DNA of 64,000 bases from Octopus sinensis (Eukaryota), in assembly GCF_006345805.1 (NCBI RefSeq), contig NC_043011.1, positions 49,488,464-49,552,463 of the forward strand, read 5' to 3'. Shown in pieces: positions 26,117-42,144 of the stretch (position 1 is its first letter; each line of letters opens with the position of its first letter). Below the pieces are notes generated by a model. The model saw only the letters and a program-made list of their open reading frames with translations, was not told the origin of the DNA and searched no databases. Position numbers and translations under genes: made by a program.

Positions 26117-26709
26117 CATGGTTAACTATTGATTCAACAATTCCACTGTGACTAATCTTGCGCAATGCGTATAAACACATCAGCTATTAATAATGTAGTT
26201 CTATATGCTTTACTGTTTACCATATTGCCATGCATGGAAATTGTTTCATAAGATTAACAACCGACAATTTTATAAGCGTAACGCATGATTTTCGTTATCC
26301 ATGGAATAGCTAAAACAATGGTCAACGACAACAAAAACTTATATTGCAAACTCTATATTACACACACACACACACACACATAGACACACACACACACATA
26401 GACACACACACACACACACTCTGGGGAGAGTCATTCTCTTTTGGTGCCTTATAATTTTACACACATTCACCGGCAAAATTTCCACTAATTTAATTTTTAT
26501 TTTTTATATGTATGGATATATGTGTGTGCGTGTGTATTCCGTAGTATCCGTGGGCATCCGGTTGATCATCATCATTGATATATGTATGCATGAGTATATG
26601 TGTGTGTTGTGTGTGTGCGCGTGTGTGTCTTGTTAGCAGTGATACATGCATATAAATAGTAGCACATGTATATAAATATATATACATATATTTATATACA
26701 TATATGTAT

Positions 26710-26754
<45 letters not shown>

Positions 26755-27021
26755 CACACGCACATATATACATATATGTATATATATGTATATTGATCAA
26801 AATAAAAACATGATGCCAAGGATTCAGCGGTACATATGTTTCGGGCCTTTATTAGACAGATTTATAACAATGCATAATGTATGTATGTGGCCTTCTTCAG
26901 CCGCGCACAACAGCTTCCACAAGGACATGTGTTACATCAAAAATTCTTGGTACTCACCCCGAATTTCTATATATATGTATATATATATATACATGTGTGT
27001 GTGTGTGTGTATTTATGTATC

Positions 27022-27055
<34 letters not shown>

Positions 27056-27199
27056 TGTATGTATGTATGTATGTATGTATGTATGTATGTATGTATGTAT
27101 GAATGTATGTATAGTACAGTGGCACACAAATGGCGTCTGAATTTGCGACATCTGCTTCAGTAGAACATTATTGAAACTAGTCATAAAATGCTACATATA

Positions 27200-28310
27200 T
27201 TGATTAGCAACCTCCAGCCTGTTGTTAATTTGGGTTCCTAGTCTGTGTATGAGTATAGCTTCCTTAATTCTTAAATTACCCAAATTTCTTTCATTAGCCT
27301 CAGTTGTGACTGTTATACTTTTGTCGGTGTTCCGGCATCTGCCTAGTTGTTTTCTGAAGGGGGAGGCTCACGTGTTCAGATGTTCTTTGATGCGGACGTG
27401 TAGAGGTCATGTCGTGCTACCCACATAGAACTTGTTGCATTTGTTACATTGTATTCTATACACAACATTTACCTGTTGGCATAAATCTGTGTCACGGATG
27501 GGACAGTTTGTTAGTGTGCATTCATTGTTGTCCTTTGTTCGTTTCTTTGCTAGGTGTTCTCTCAGAGAGGGGCCGGAATGGGCTAGTTGTATGTCTAGCC
27601 CTTCTCTTCTTATGGCTCTTCGGATGGATGTAGTTACCCTCTCGCTAAAATGGGCTATTTTAAGGAAGCATGTGTTGCTGGTTTTCTATGTGTTCGGCGT
27701 GTTGGTCGTCTTGGGTACTTAAGCCGATTTACAATGGATCTAGGGTACCTGTTGGTTTTCAATATATCTAGGAAGCGTGTAGTATAGGTTACCTTGTCCT
27801 CCGTTCTGCTGCACTTGCCCTGGATGCGTGCAAGTTCATTTCTGACGTACCCTATTTTGGCACCGAGTTATATTGGACAAAAGTATCCCTACTGGCTGTT
27901 TTCCTGTAGAACTCGGTGCAGATCTCCCCTTCTTCCGTTATATTCAGTTTGAAGTCAAGTAGTGATAGTGATCCAGTGATGTCGGGATGTTCTATAGTGA
28001 ACTTTATGTTCATGTCCATGTTATTGAACGTCGTGAATATTCCGTCAGCCTCTTCGCGGGAGGATGTGAGTATGAGGATGTCATCTACGTAACTGGTGAA
28101 GAAGGCGCATGAGCGACAGATGTTGAGTGCTCGACGTTCCTGATAGTTCATATAAGCGATGGCTAGTAGGCCCGAGAGACTGGATCCCATGGGGAGACCT
28201 GTTGTTTGTTTATATATGTGGTCCTGGAAAGAGAAGTAGGTGTTGTCCACGATGATGTACAAAAGCTGATGTATATCAGCTGCGATAAAAACCGAAGCAT
28301 TGGATGTTGG
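27200..28310 (-). mobile_element. Penelope-like element remnant: RT plus GIY-YIG endonuclease
   Basis: ORF 27852-28262 has YKQTTGLPMGSSLS, YVDD, IKFTIEH, LLDF and FYRK. Downstream on the same strand is VVYRIQCNKCNKFYVGSTT*PLHVRIKEH...LRIKEAILI (GIY-YIG), with in-frame stops. Confidence 0.9.
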
Positions 28311-28506
28311 TCAATTTGCTCGACTAAAATATATATATTATATTTTGTGAAATTTGATTTAGTATTTCTAAATTGAATTTTTCCCTGTAAGTTAGGAATA
28401 ATATTTCTTCAAATTATTATTATATACAATCATACATACATATATATATATATTATATATATATTATTATATATATATGTATATATATATATAATATATA
28501 TGTAAT

Positions 28507-28560
<54 letters not shown>

Positions 28561-28984
28561 AATATATATATATATTATATTATATACACACAGGTACACA
28601 CAATATGCAAGAATACGTCAAAAGTCGTAGATATATACGAGACGGATTATCGCTCAGACCAGATCAAATACGTTGAATCCAATCATGAGAGACGTAATTC
28701 TAATCATGCGAGACGTAATCCAGTTAAACAAGAGTTGGCTACAGAAACCACACACCGATCGAGGTAATAGAAATAAAGCCAACGCACACATGATGGAGAA
28801 GCATCTATTTATGAGAGGAAGTCATATATAAATAAGTCATACAAATATGTATTAACTATAATTAAGCAGGAAGCAGGAAGACAGATCATTGTCATCCTTC
28901 TCAAATAAATAGAAATAAACAGATTTCATACGCACACGTATTTCTGTGTATGAGTGAGTGAATATATATATATATATATATATA

Positions 28985-29048
<64 letters not shown>

Positions 29049-29051
29049 TAT

Positions 29052-29100
<49 letters not shown>

Positions 29101-29130
29101 TATATATATATTTATATGTATAAATATATG

Positions 29131-29174
<44 letters not shown>

Positions 29175-29469
29175 TACATATATGTATATGTATCTATATA
29201 TCTATATATATATATATATGTGTGTGCATATTTATACATATTTATATATTAAACATGTGTGTGTGAGATATATATATATTTATATGTATGTATATATGTA
29301 GAGAGAGAGAAAAAGAGATTAGATGATGTATATATATATATTATATATATATACATGTTTACATACACCACACATGTATATATCTAACGTACCTCTCACT
29401 CACTCACTCTCACGCATTTTGAATATACATATACCACACACACACCAACTATATATGTATTATTATACC

Positions 29470-29528
<59 letters not shown>

Positions 29529-29843
29529 CATATATATACATATATATCTATACATACATATATGCGTATATATTCATACATATCTATACACACACATAGG
29601 AAGGGAAGAAAGTGGGGACGAGGCGGACGCCCACACACAGTGTTACCGAGTGTACAGTAATTATGTCACAGTATAGTCAATGATATTATTGAACACGGAA
29701 GTTGCTAATTTAGATCGATATGACAACGTAAACATGCCCGATTGTGTATTTGAGTCTCTATCTATATATGATACATACATAAATACATAAATACATACTT
29801 GTGTGATATATGCCTTATGTATATATATATATATATATATATA

Positions 29844-29898
<55 letters not shown>

Positions 29899-31232
29899 AA
29901 GATGAATGCATATACATATATACACATGCAAACACACACATGTATGCAGAGATGGATGAAAACACTGATACACACAAGTACTTGGTGCCGCCTAATTACG
30001 ACAATTTATATAGTTATATATATATTATATATATATATATAATATATACATATATATATTATATATATAGAGAGAGAGAGAGAGAGACAGACAGAGATTA
30101 CATATTTATATATATGTACATATGTACATGCACCTATATGCATATACATATATTTATATATCTATCAATATATATCTGTATCTATATCGAATATATATAT
30201 ATATATATATACATATATATATAGACACACGCATATATATATATATATATATATATATCATAAATATCTGTATCTATATCGAATATATATATATATATGT
30301 ATAATATATATATGCGTGTGTCTATATATATGTATATATATGTATATATATCTATATAAATTAATAAATGAAACATATGCATATATACATACATATATGT
30401 ACTACCTACCTCTACATGTATATATACATGCATATATGGGTACAGGAGACCAAAAAAACGTCGAACACAATGAGAAACGAAAACATAGACACAAAACCAA
30501 GGAACTAGACATTTTTCTTAGAAAAAATAGAGTACAGGACAAATAACACAAGGAAAATCCCCTTCTTCAGTCGCCATGGTTTCATCTACTCTGCGTTTCG
30601 AAGGTGAAGGCGATACGCATCTTTGATAGGCACGTGTACACAAGAACAACTAAAGTCTTTCTCTTCAAGAAAACAGTGTAGTAAAACCAATACAAGCACA
30701 AAATGGTAATCTGGTACAACACACACACACACACACACACCACACACACATATTTACGTACGTACGCACGTGTGTACATGTGTATGTATGTGTATGTGTA
30801 TCTTGATGCATGAATTTTTTTTTTCGAACAATTTTCGTTTTTCATAAATTTCATACAAAAATGTTTGGCAGTTCGAAATGTTATCAGAATCGCGAGGAAA
30901 CCAAAGAAAAGATGTTATGGATTTTAGACAAGTACATTAAGTTGTGGATTTCAAAAGCCCAACGAGGTCGTTGTTGCCTTTCCAATTCTCAAGGTTGATA
31001 CATATATAATATAGAATTGCCTTTAATTTCTTACTTTACTTCTACGTTAGAAGCATTAGTTATAGAACATTTGTTCCATCATCCATTCTGCTCCTCTGGT
31101 AATATGTTATTGTACACTGATTTATTAATCAGTCCGTTCTGGAGTATAGAAGATTTGTTGGCAAACAATGTATAGGTCTATAGTTTTCGATATGCTTGAT
31201 GCAAAAATGTGTGTGTATATGTGTGTAGATAG

Positions 31233-31282
<50 letters not shown>

Positions 31283-31372
31283 AAGAGAGATTGATATAGA
31301 TACAGTTATACAGGTATATGTGTATATATGTATATGTATGCATATATATTACATATGTAATATATATATATA

Positions 31373-31603
31373 GGCGGCGAGCTGGCAGAAACGTTAGCAC
31401 GCCGGGCGAAATGCGTAGCCGTATTTCGTCTGCCGTTACGTTCTGAGTTCAAATTCCGCCGAGGTCGACTTTGCCTTTCATCCTTTCGGGGTCAATAAAT
31501 TAAGTACCAGTTACGCACTGGGGTCTATGTAATCGACTTACTCCGTTTATCTGTCCTTGTTTGTTCCCTCTGTGTTTAGCCCCTTGTGGGTAGTTAAGAA
31601 ATA
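31373..31603 (+). mobile_element. SINE family B, full length, inside (TA)n
   Basis: Near-identical to 38722-38951. Confidence 0.9.
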
Positions 31604-32042
31604 TATATATTACATATGTCTATATATATACATATATCTATATACACATACATATCTGTAAATGCGGCGAGCTGGCAGAATCGTCAGCACGCTGGACGAA
31701 ATGGACGAAATGCTCAACAGTATTTCGCCCGTCGCTACGTTTTCTTATTTCGAGGCCGATAGAATAAGTACTAGGCTTACAAAAAATAAATCCTGGGGTC
31801 GATTTGCTCGACTAAAAGGCGATGCTCCAGCATGGCCACAGTCAAATGACTGAAACAAGTAAAAGAGTAAAAGAGTACAAGAGATAAATATATTAATAAT
31901 ATTTATATAAGTTTAAAGCTTATATAAATCTTTTGCGGTCATGTGGTTAGTTGAGTGCCGATACTTCCATGTGCACCAATTACTATTGGTATCACGTCGA
32001 CTCTCTTCATTGACCACAACTTCACATTTCCTCAGATCTATT

Positions 32043-32074
<32 letters not shown>

Positions 32075-32325
32075 TATCATCATAATCATCATCATCATCA
32101 TTATTATTATTATTATTATTATTATTGATATTGGTGTTGTTGATAAGGTTGTCATGGTTCCTGTTGTTGCTTATGTGTTATTAATATTATCGTTTACCTC
32201 ACAATTCGTCTTGTATTTACACAGAACAAAACAACTTTTAAAAGACCTAACCTGATCCCTGTCAGCTCACCATCCTACCATACTGGTTCACCTTTGGATG
32301 TTGAATGTACGAAAGAGGGAGGAAC

Positions 32326-32357
<32 letters not shown>

Positions 32358-32586
32358 AAGAAGACAGGGAGAGAGAGAGAGAAAGAAGACAGGGAGAGAG
32401 AGAGAGAAAGAAGACAGGGAGAGAGAGAGAGAAAGAAGACAGGGAGAGAGAGAGAGAAAGAAGACAGGGAGAGAGAGAGAGAAAGAAGACAGGGAGGAGG
32501 AGAGAGAAAGAAGACAGGGAGAGAGAGAGAGAGAGAAGACAGGGAGAGAGAGAGAGAAAGAAGACAGGGAGAGAGAGAGAGAAAGA

Positions 32587-32626
<40 letters not shown>
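32326..32626. repeat. GA-rich minisatellite with a ~23-bp unit (GAGAGAGAGAGAAAGAAGACAGG)
   Basis: gaagacaggg recurs about every 21-25 bp. Confidence 0.9.
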
Positions 32627-32629
<3 letters not shown>

Positions 32630-32744
32630 AAAGGCTTAAAAGCTCTTCAAGCTTATCAATACAGTAAAATCTGATCGTGGTTAATTAGTTGATTGGCGTA
32701 GGTAGAGAGATGCATGGATAGGTGGGAAGGTGTGCAGGTAATAA

Positions 32745-33310
<566 letters not shown>

Positions 33311-34652
33311 TGTTTCTTTATTAGCCACACAGGGCTGCACACAGATAGAACAAATTACAAGGTAGAGCTTTTCTTTTGAAGGTATTAAAAAAAAAAAAAA
33401 AAAAAAGAAGGGGGGGTTCGATCAAAAGGGATCGTAAAAGGAGAGAAAGAGGACAAAAATAAGGGGGGTAAAAAAAAAAAAAAAAAAAGGGGGGGAGAAA
33501 AAAAAAATGATCAATAGGGATCGTTATCACAGAAATGTCAATATGAAGTGTAAAGGGGAGGACAGGTGTTTTACCCGTGGAAAGAAAAGCCTGCGGAAAA
33601 GACCACGGTAACCTCGGTCAATGAAGTCACATTTTATATTTCTTTTTTTTTTTTTTTTTTTTTGCAAATAAGCAACTCTCTGTTTTCGATTTCTGGGTTC
33701 ATAGGACTATGCTCAAGGTGGCTTCGTCATTCATACGTGCCATTCGTGCCATTCTTGCTACATTCACCCATCTTTTTTTAAAACATTCGCTAGACAAAAC
33801 TTGCTCTCTACTCTCACTTTCTTTTCAAGTGGTACTTGAAGAAGTTGATGAGAGATTGACCAGAGAGGAAAGTGTTTGTCTCCAATCCTTTCAGACGCGT
33901 CCACAGATACATTCTTTCGCCATAGCCACAAGGATGATGAAAATAGCTCTTCCTTCCCGTTTGAAGGAAGGAGGCGTGACAATATTGACGATAGACTCAC
34001 TGATAAACCGACTCGTCCCACACGTGACAGCAGTTGTTCGACATAAGCCCACAGGTCGGAAATTGTTGGACACTGAACGAGTGCGTGCAGAACGGTTTCG
34101 TCGCTCTGACCGCATCTCGGGCAGGTCGGCCCCGTGTTTCTCGAGCCGTGTCTGTAGAGCTTATCCCGAACGGGTAGCGCTTCTCGGTAGCACTGCCAGG
34201 CCAGGGATCTCTGGAAGTTGTCCATGGGCCTGGCCCGAAAGTCGTCCCGAACAGGCGGGTCAGGTACTCCTCGTCGACGTCCAGGTTCGCCCCGAGCTCG
34301 TCGTCGTACCTCCCCTCCACTAAACCCCTATAGAATGCTTTGGTTGTGTTGAAGTCACTTAAGGTCGACCCAGGACGGCAGAGTTGCTTGAGAGCAACGC
34401 GACACTCGCGGTGCCATTCGCCCTTCCTCGGCCTCTTTTTGATCCACGACTGCAGTTCGGTCATGGAGACGAGCTGCGGGAAAGCGTGCCTCACAAACGG
34501 CGACCACACCTGTTCACCGTCGTCTACATAGAGCCAGAGATGTCGCAGTCTCAGCGCGTGTCTGCGCATCATCAACCACGGCATGCCCAGCCCTCCTTTT
34601 AACGGGTGTTGACAGCAAATGGATCGCCTGACCATCGGGACGCATCCTTTCC
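33311..34652 (-). mobile_element. 5'-truncated L1/Tx1-type LINE (ORF2 C-terminus and 3' UTR), bounded by (TATC)n on both sides
   Basis: Peptides QHPLKGGLGMP and AWQCYREALPVRDKL...CPRCGQSDETVLHALVQCP (zf-RVT-type CCHC knuckle). Minus-strand AATAAA (33317-33322) lies just before the (TATC)n. Confidence 0.85.
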
Positions 34653-34653
34653 A

Positions 34654-34689
34654 AGATAGATAGATAGATAGAGAAATAGATAGATAGAC

Positions 34690-34780
<91 letters not shown>

Positions 34781-34836
34781 GAAATAGAGAGATAGATAGA
34801 GAAATAGATAGATAGGTAGATAGATAGATAGATAGG

Positions 34837-34909
<73 letters not shown>
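34654..34909. repeat. (GATA)n microsatellite
   Basis: Direct run. Confidence 0.95.
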
Positions 34910-34910
<1 letters not shown>

Positions 34911-35817
34911 TTGGTTGGTTCTTTGCCGTATATATATATATAAATGTTGTATATATGTCTGTTGGTGTGTGTACGTGTGGATGTATATATATATATATTT
35001 CTATATGCACACATGTATAAATATACATTCCATCCAAGTATTCATATATATATACACACACACACACGCACACACACACAAAGGGAGAGAGAGGGAAGGG
35101 CGCGGTGTAAGGTTGTATTGAAAATGCTAGTAAAACAAGTGTAACAAGAATTCTATCCAGAGAGAACAACGTCGTTCCTATTGAAGATATTATGTAAGTA
35201 GGTGTTCGAATGCTGTTGTTGAACGGCAGCTGTATTGGTTTATTAATGGATGAAACATAATATGGTTACAAGTCATTAAGATGATGGACAACGAAAATTA
35301 ATCACAAACGTCGATTGAAACGACAAAAATAGATCGAGAGGCGATGCTTATGTGCTTTATCAGGCTATTTAAGACGAATCCCTATTCGGAAATATTAATA
35401 GCAATCTGGGTGAAATGCTGGAAAACGGAAAATTATTGCAAAGGGAAAATTATGGTAAATTCTTTTCAGATAAACAGTTATCAATACAGGGGGCTGGTTA
35501 ATTCCCGTAATGTATAATGACTTATAGACAGTTGTGTTTCAAGTTCTAGGATTCATAAGTCCAGATGCCTGGTTTCTATTTCGTGTAAGTGACTGAGATC
35601 TGAACGGGTCGTTGTCCTTCGTAGGGTTGCTTATTTACAACAATGAGTGGACCGGAGCAACGTGAAATGAAGTGTGCTTTTTATGGGTTTTTTAAGAACG
35701 CAACGTGTCGTCCGATATGGGAATCAAATCAGTGATCTTGCGTTTGAAAACGCAAAGCTCTAAACACAAAGACACGTTACTATACACAGTGGTTATACTT
35801 TATAAGTCATTAATAGT

Positions 35818-36180
35818 TTATGGCGTAGCTGTGTGGTTAGAACCTTGCTTCCACACCACTTAGTTCCGAGTTCAGTCTCAGTACGTGGTTCCTTGGGCAA
35901 GTGTCTTCTGGGCGACAAATCCTTCTGAGTGGATTTGGTAGATGGAAACTGAAAGAAGCTCATCGTAATGTGTGTGTCTATCACCCACCACCGCTTGACA
36001 ACCAGTATTGATGTGTTTACGTCCCTGTAACTTAGTACTTCGGCTAAAGACACCGATAGAATAAGTACCATGTTTAGCAAAATTGAGTACTGGGGTCAGT
36101 TCTTTCGACTAAAAACAAAATTCTTCAAGGCAGTGCCACAGGATGTAATGACTGAAACCAAGTTGAAGATTAAAGATAAA
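35818..36180 (+). mobile_element. Diverged SINE family A
   Basis: gagtggatttggtagatggaaactgaaagaagc and cgcttgacaacc...ccgatagaataagtac motifs. Confidence 0.7.
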
Positions 36181-37970
36181 AGATTTATCTTTTAGCCAGG
36201 AAGTAAGCAATTCCTATGGTACTTTAGAGGACCCCCAAGGCTTATGTGAAGGAGGAAAGTACACTCGAACCGAAGTCCTGTTTCTGGCCACAGAGCGGAC
36301 TCTCTTTAAAGTTATTTACATGAGTCAAGGGAGGAGACGGTGTCGATGACCCTTCACAAGGACCCACGATACTAGTTGGATGAAGACAACCTCATATTGT
36401 GATGTGAGCCAAATGTTGGAAACAAGATGGATTCTACTAAAAGTCAGTTAAGGACTAGGTGGTGGCTTTAAACTGAGTGAAGGATTAGGTTTACGACCGA
36501 AGTAAGTCATGGCCGAATGTGATCTCAGAACACAATAAAAAAAATTTAACAAATTCTGCAGGCATTTGCTCCGACATATTTACAACTCAACAATTCCACT
36601 CTTCTGCATTGTTTATTTATCTATCGACCTTAGGGAATATAGATTGTATGATGGTCGTGTGGTTAACATTAAGCATATGTTTCTGGGGTTCGATCGTACA
36701 TCATTGAAGCTCACATGATAATTTTCTACGTCAGCCATAGAAATCAAAACATTTTGAATAAAATTGTGCTAAATCTCGTAGATTTGACTGTATTGAGCCT
36801 GTATTTGTAAGGTGTCCATAATCCGCTATCAGACGTAACATCATCACTTGAATCTTGGTGTATCCTTACTAAATTCAGCGTGTTTCAAGCATTCTGATTG
36901 GGTAACCGCTTTTAGGATAACTTATTACCATGACAATCTGTTTTCTATTTAGGTACCCTTTAATCTGTTGTTTCTTCGCCTTTTCCTGGCAGTATAAAAC
37001 TCTTGTTTCAGCGATAGAATGTATTACAAACATTCAACACAGAACAACACTAATAATCATAAACCTAACAATAGGGAACGAAACATTGTGTGGTATAATC
37101 CTCTATACAGTTTAAATGTTTGATCCAAGTCATGAGATTTTTCTGAACCTTATAAATAATGATCTTCTGGTAGACCATAGATATCGTCGAACTTTAATAA
37201 AAGAAACGTGCGTACAAAATAGGTAATTACTCTGTAGATGGACGTGGCATTAATAGACGACCCTGTATTTGGCATAAATCATTTAAAATTTGTCCAAACT
37301 GAAAGTAGATTGCTCGACAGTAGCAGAATAACGGTGACTCAGAAAGACAACGCTAAAGAAACTACAAAAAGATTAAAACAACTTGTACTACAGAAACTAA
37401 TGGCGATTTAGCGACGCATAAAATATTTCTAGTGACATCAGAAACAAAATATACATTTGACATACAATGAAGTAGACAATTACAATTTTAGTATATTCTA
37501 ACGTATTCAACGGGTAGAAAGAAAACAGCCACTAAAACGGCCAATGATGGTCGATAAAGAGGGAAAAAGTATTTGTAATCAGGATATTATTATGAAATCG
37601 ATAAGTAGAGCTAAAGCAATCACTATATTCGTCGGTTTAACGAAACAATAATCAAGATATGAACTAGAAAGAAAAGAGAACACGGATATAATAGAGAAGC
37701 TAACCAATGAAAATAAAGAAACCAATCAATCGACAAATGAAACGACATCAACCACAGACAATGTATTAAGAAAACATTTAGAAAAATAAACATCGTAGTC
37801 AAGCACAAAAGAATAAAGCATATTCGATGTATATAAATTCAGATCGATAGATACAGTAAAATATTCAGTTTGTTTGTTGAAACTCGACTGGTGCCTATAT
37901 ACCCATTATTTAAAATATAAGCATACAGTGACACTCATTTACAAGCATATATATAGATATATAGATAGAT

Positions 37971-38006
<36 letters not shown>

Positions 38007-38021
38007 GAGATATATATAGAT

Positions 38022-38053
<32 letters not shown>

Positions 38054-38229
38054 TCGGAGTAAACACATAAATGTGAAGCAAAGTGGAAAAAAGAGTACTC
38101 AAATACCAGTGGTAGAGTAATATGCTTTATTTAAAGCAGTTTTTGCTAGCAAAAACTGTCCGACGAACGGCAACGGGAAACTCAGAGTAACAGGTTTTGT
38201 TGAATTTTCTGCTGCCTTAAATAAAGTAC

Positions 38230-38293
<64 letters not shown>

Positions 38294-38294
38294 G

Positions 38295-38441
<147 letters not shown>

Positions 38442-38721
38442 GTAGATAGATAGATAGATAGATAGATACACACATATATAAGATATATATATGTATATAT
38501 ATATATATGTACATTTGCATATATATATATATATGTATGTATGTATGTATGTATATGCATGTTTGCGCGTGTGTGTGTTTGTACGTGAATATTTATGTAT
38601 TGTATATGTTTGTATACATGTAAATGTATATATCTTTATATATATATATATGTTTTTGTTTATATATATATGTATGTTTTTATGTTTATATGTGTGTGCG
38701 TATATATGTACGTATATATTA

Positions 38722-38951
38722 GGCGGCGAGCTGGTAGAAACGTTAGCACGCCGGGCGAAATGCGTAGCCGTATTTCGTCTGTCGTTACGTTCCGAGTTCA
38801 AATTCCGCCGAGGTCGACTTTGCCTTTCATCCTTTCGGGGTCGATAAATTAAGTACCAGTTACGCACTGGGGCCGATGTAGTCGACTTAATCCCTTTGTC
38901 TGTCCTTGTTTGTCCCCTCTGTGTTTAGCCCCTTGTGGGTAGTAAAGAAAT
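38722..38951 (+). mobile_element. SINE family B, full length
   Basis: Complete head, core and tail, between (TA)n tracts. Confidence 0.9.
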
Positions 38952-39224
38952 ATATATATATGTGCGTGTGTGTGTAATGCAAAATAATTATAAAGTATAC
39001 GAAGACTGGAATCTCTTGAAAGTTTTAAGTTTGACACCTAATTATACAGTATAATTATACAGTATAATTAGCTAAAATAAGTAACACCTGTTTCTGCTTC
39101 ATAGAGTATGTGCAGCTGCATATGTAGCCCGCAGTATTCTGCAAATCATCTTCATTCAGGATTTTCTTCATGAATGAGTTCCAAAATGAACTGAATGAAT
39201 TTATGCGTGGCTAGATTATTCCTT

Positions 39225-39473
39225 TCATTCTTTCATTCTTTTGCTTGTTTCAGTCATTTGACTGCGACCATGCTGGAGTACCACATTTAGTCGAACAAAT
39301 CGTCCCCAAGGACTTATTCTTTGCATGCCTAGTAATTATATTCCATCGGTCTCTTTTGCTGAACCGCTATGTTACGGTGACGTAAACACACCAAAATTCG
39401 TTGTCAAGCGACGTTGGGAGGGAGAAACGCAGATGCACAAATACATACACACACATACACCTACATACATTCA

Positions 39474-39521
<48 letters not shown>

Positions 39522-39688
39522 GGCGCAGGAGTGGCTGTGTGGTAAGTATCTTGTTTACCAACCTCATGGTTCCGGGTTCAGTCCCATTGCGTGGCACCTT
39601 GGGGCAAGTGTCTTCTACTATAGCCTCTGGCCGACCAAAGCCTTGTGAGTGGATTTGGTAGACGGAAACTGAAAGAAGCCCGTCGTAT
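39225..39688. mobile_element. SINE family A halves in opposite orientation (3' half minus, 5' half plus)
   Basis: 39225-39440 is the reverse complement of the family A tail. 39522-39688 is the family A head. Confidence 0.75.
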
Positions 39689-40711
39689 ATTGCGAACGAC
39701 ACACCGGTCTCACGCCATTTCCGCTCCACCGGTCACTCCTTGCAACACCTATCTGTGTTCGGCTTGTCCTTACACAGAGGCCATCCGGATTCCCGTTTGC
39801 GCCGTGAACAGGAATTAATCTTCTCTCTTCGCTCCTATACGCCATTTGGTCTCAACTCTCCCCCCCTCCTCGTCTAACCCCCCTCTCCCCCCTCCTCACC
39901 TATCCTTTCCCCCCGACCCCTACTTCTTCAGTCCTTCATCCTTTCACCACCCTACTCCCCTTCCCTTCTTCCTCTTTCTCCCTCCCTCTTCCCTTCCGCT
40001 GCTCCCTCATCACTCCTCTCTCCCCTTCTCTCTCCCCCTCTCCCTCTTTCCCTCCTTCACCCCCTCCTCCCCCCTCCTCTCCTCTTCCCCTCTCCTCCCC
40101 TCTTCTTCCCCTCCCCCTCTTCTCCCCCTCTTCTCCCACTCCCCTCTTCCTCCTCACTACAACTACACACATGACTTTACACATCACATCACATATGATG
40201 TGCCATACTAATACACACACCAACTAATACATACTAATACGTACTAATACATACTAGTACATACTAATACATACACCAACCTATACATACACACGTCCAG
40301 ACCCCGCATACGCACTTATACTCTCTCATACACACACCCACACTTTATACATACCAACTCGTACTAATACATACTAATACATACTAATACATACACAACC
40401 CCATACATACGCACGTCCAGACCAATCCTAACGCACGATAATACTCTCTCATACACACACACACACACACACCCCCCTTATACATACTAATACATACACC
40501 AACCCTATACATACACACATCCAGACCTCCCTACGCACTATTAGCTGGTCCCTCAACCCATTTATCAACCCTATTATCTCCCCTTATTTCGCTCTCGCGT
40601 CTCATGTTTGATCTTTGACCTCCTGGCCGAAATCAGATCGCCATGTTGATTCGTTAGCTACTGCACGCATTTTTTTTCTCTCTTCTTTCTGTGTTTTTCT
40701 CTCTCTGTGTA

Positions 40712-40749
40712 TCTTTCTGTTGAAGAGCGTAGGCTCGAAACGTTAAAGA
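40712..40749 (+). ncRNA. Minimal hammerhead-like motif with CTGTTGA core, in an element spanning about 40560-40850 that ends at (TA)n
   Basis: TCTTT CTGTTGA A GAGC-GTAG-GCTC GAA ACGT T AAAGA. Confidence 0.5.
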
Positions 40750-40846
40750 CTTGTTTTATTTATATTTCCTGAGCGCCATACTAATACAATTGTTCGTTTG
40801 TTTTCCACCTGCCTTCGTCTTTTGTTTATTTTCATAAAGCTTCCCG

Positions 40847-40888
<42 letters not shown>

Positions 40889-40904
40889 TATATGTGCGTG
40901 TGTG

Positions 40905-41360
40905 TGTTTGTGTGTCTGTATTTGTCCCCCTAGCATTGCTTGACAACCGATGCTGGTGTGCTTATGTCCCCGTTACTTAGCGGTTCGGCAAAAGAGACCG
41001 ATAGAATAAGTACTGGGCTTACAAAAGAATAAGTCCCGGGGTCGAGTTGCTCGATTAAAGGCGGTGCTCCAGCATGGCCGCAGTCAAATGACTGAAACAA
41101 GTAAAAGAGAGTAAAAGAGAGTATATATATATATATATATATATATTCCAGGTTCAGTCCCATTGTGTGGTACCTTGGCCTTCTGCTGCAGCCTCGAGCC
41201 GACCGAAGCCTTATAAGTGGACTTGGTAGACGGAAACTGAAAGCCCCCCCCCCCCATCCTGTATATATATATCCTTCTGCAGCAGAAGGCCAAGGTACCA
41301 CACAATGGGACTGAACCTGGAACCATGTGTTGGGAAAGCAACCTTCTTACCACACAGCCT
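40905..41360. mobile_element. SINE family A 3' half and rearranged 5' fragments
   Basis: Tail at 40905-41120. At 41150-41360 ggttcagtcccattgtgtggtaccttggcc appears in both orientations. Confidence 0.75.
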
Positions 41361-41393
41361 TGATAGTAAAATATAGAAATGAACTAGCCTAGA

Positions 41394-41615
41394 ATTGGGT
41401 TGGTGCATAATTATTGCGGCTTTTTTTCAACAAATTTTATTCAACAAAAACTATAACATATTCACCATCTAATTCAATTACTGCTTTCCATTTGCTTGGC
41501 AGACGGTCAGCTCCGTCATTTAAAGATGTTTTTCTTAAATATTGTTATTGTTTTTGTTGAATGAAATTTGTTGAAAAAAAAAAAAAAAGCCGCAATAATT
41601 ATGCACCAACCCAAT
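41394..41615 (-). mobile_element. Mariner-derived MITE (internal deletion derivative)
   Basis: Terminal inverted repeats ATTGGGTTGGTGCATAATTATTGCGGC / GCCGCAATAATTATGCACCAACCCAAT. The internal minus strand reads RLPSKWKAVIELDGEYV, like a mariner transposase C-terminus. Confidence 0.85.
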
Positions 41616-41941
41616 AAATTCAGTTTGCTTCGGACCACCTTTGGAAAAGATTGCTATTCCTTTGAAGCTCTGATTTTATCAACTGGATATCGATGTTTTG
41701 GAATTGAGCTATTTTCCATTACGTTTCAGACAGATTCAATGTTATAGCAAATATTCTGCTCAATATCACAGATGTGCTTGCCAGTCGCTTGACATTAACC
41801 ATTTGAGGACGTCTCTATCCGCTCCCTTCCTTCACTCAATCTATCTCTCTAAATCTTTCTTTTCCCCCCTCCCTCCTCTCTCCCTCCTTTATGTCTCCTT
41901 GCCTCTAACTGTCCTCCTGCGTTTAACGCGTTATATTTCTC

Positions 41942-42041
41942 NNNNNNNNNNNNNNNNNNNNNNNNNNNNNNNNNNNNNNNNNNNNNNNNNNNNNNNNNNN
42001 NNNNNNNNNNNNNNNNNNNNNNNNNNNNNNNNNNNNNNNNN
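41942..42041. other. Assembly gap (100 N)
   Basis: Run of N. Confidence 1.
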
Positions 42042-42061
42042 GTACATATGTTATTATACTT

Positions 42062-42144
<83 letters not shown>

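Noticed and set aside
30589-30671. Minus-strand hammerhead-like remnant TTC TTGAAGA GAAAG...CCTTC GAAAC GCA GAG
   Set aside because: C3 and U16.1 are both altered and stem II is mismatched. It may be a dead copy, so it was not counted.
33997-35169. 390-aa ORF as an intact protein
   Set aside because: It reads through (TATC)n and (TA)n into a truncated LINE fragment. The open frame is fortuitous.
41942-42041. ORFs spanning the N run
   Set aside because: This is a scaffold gap, so adjacency across it is not established.
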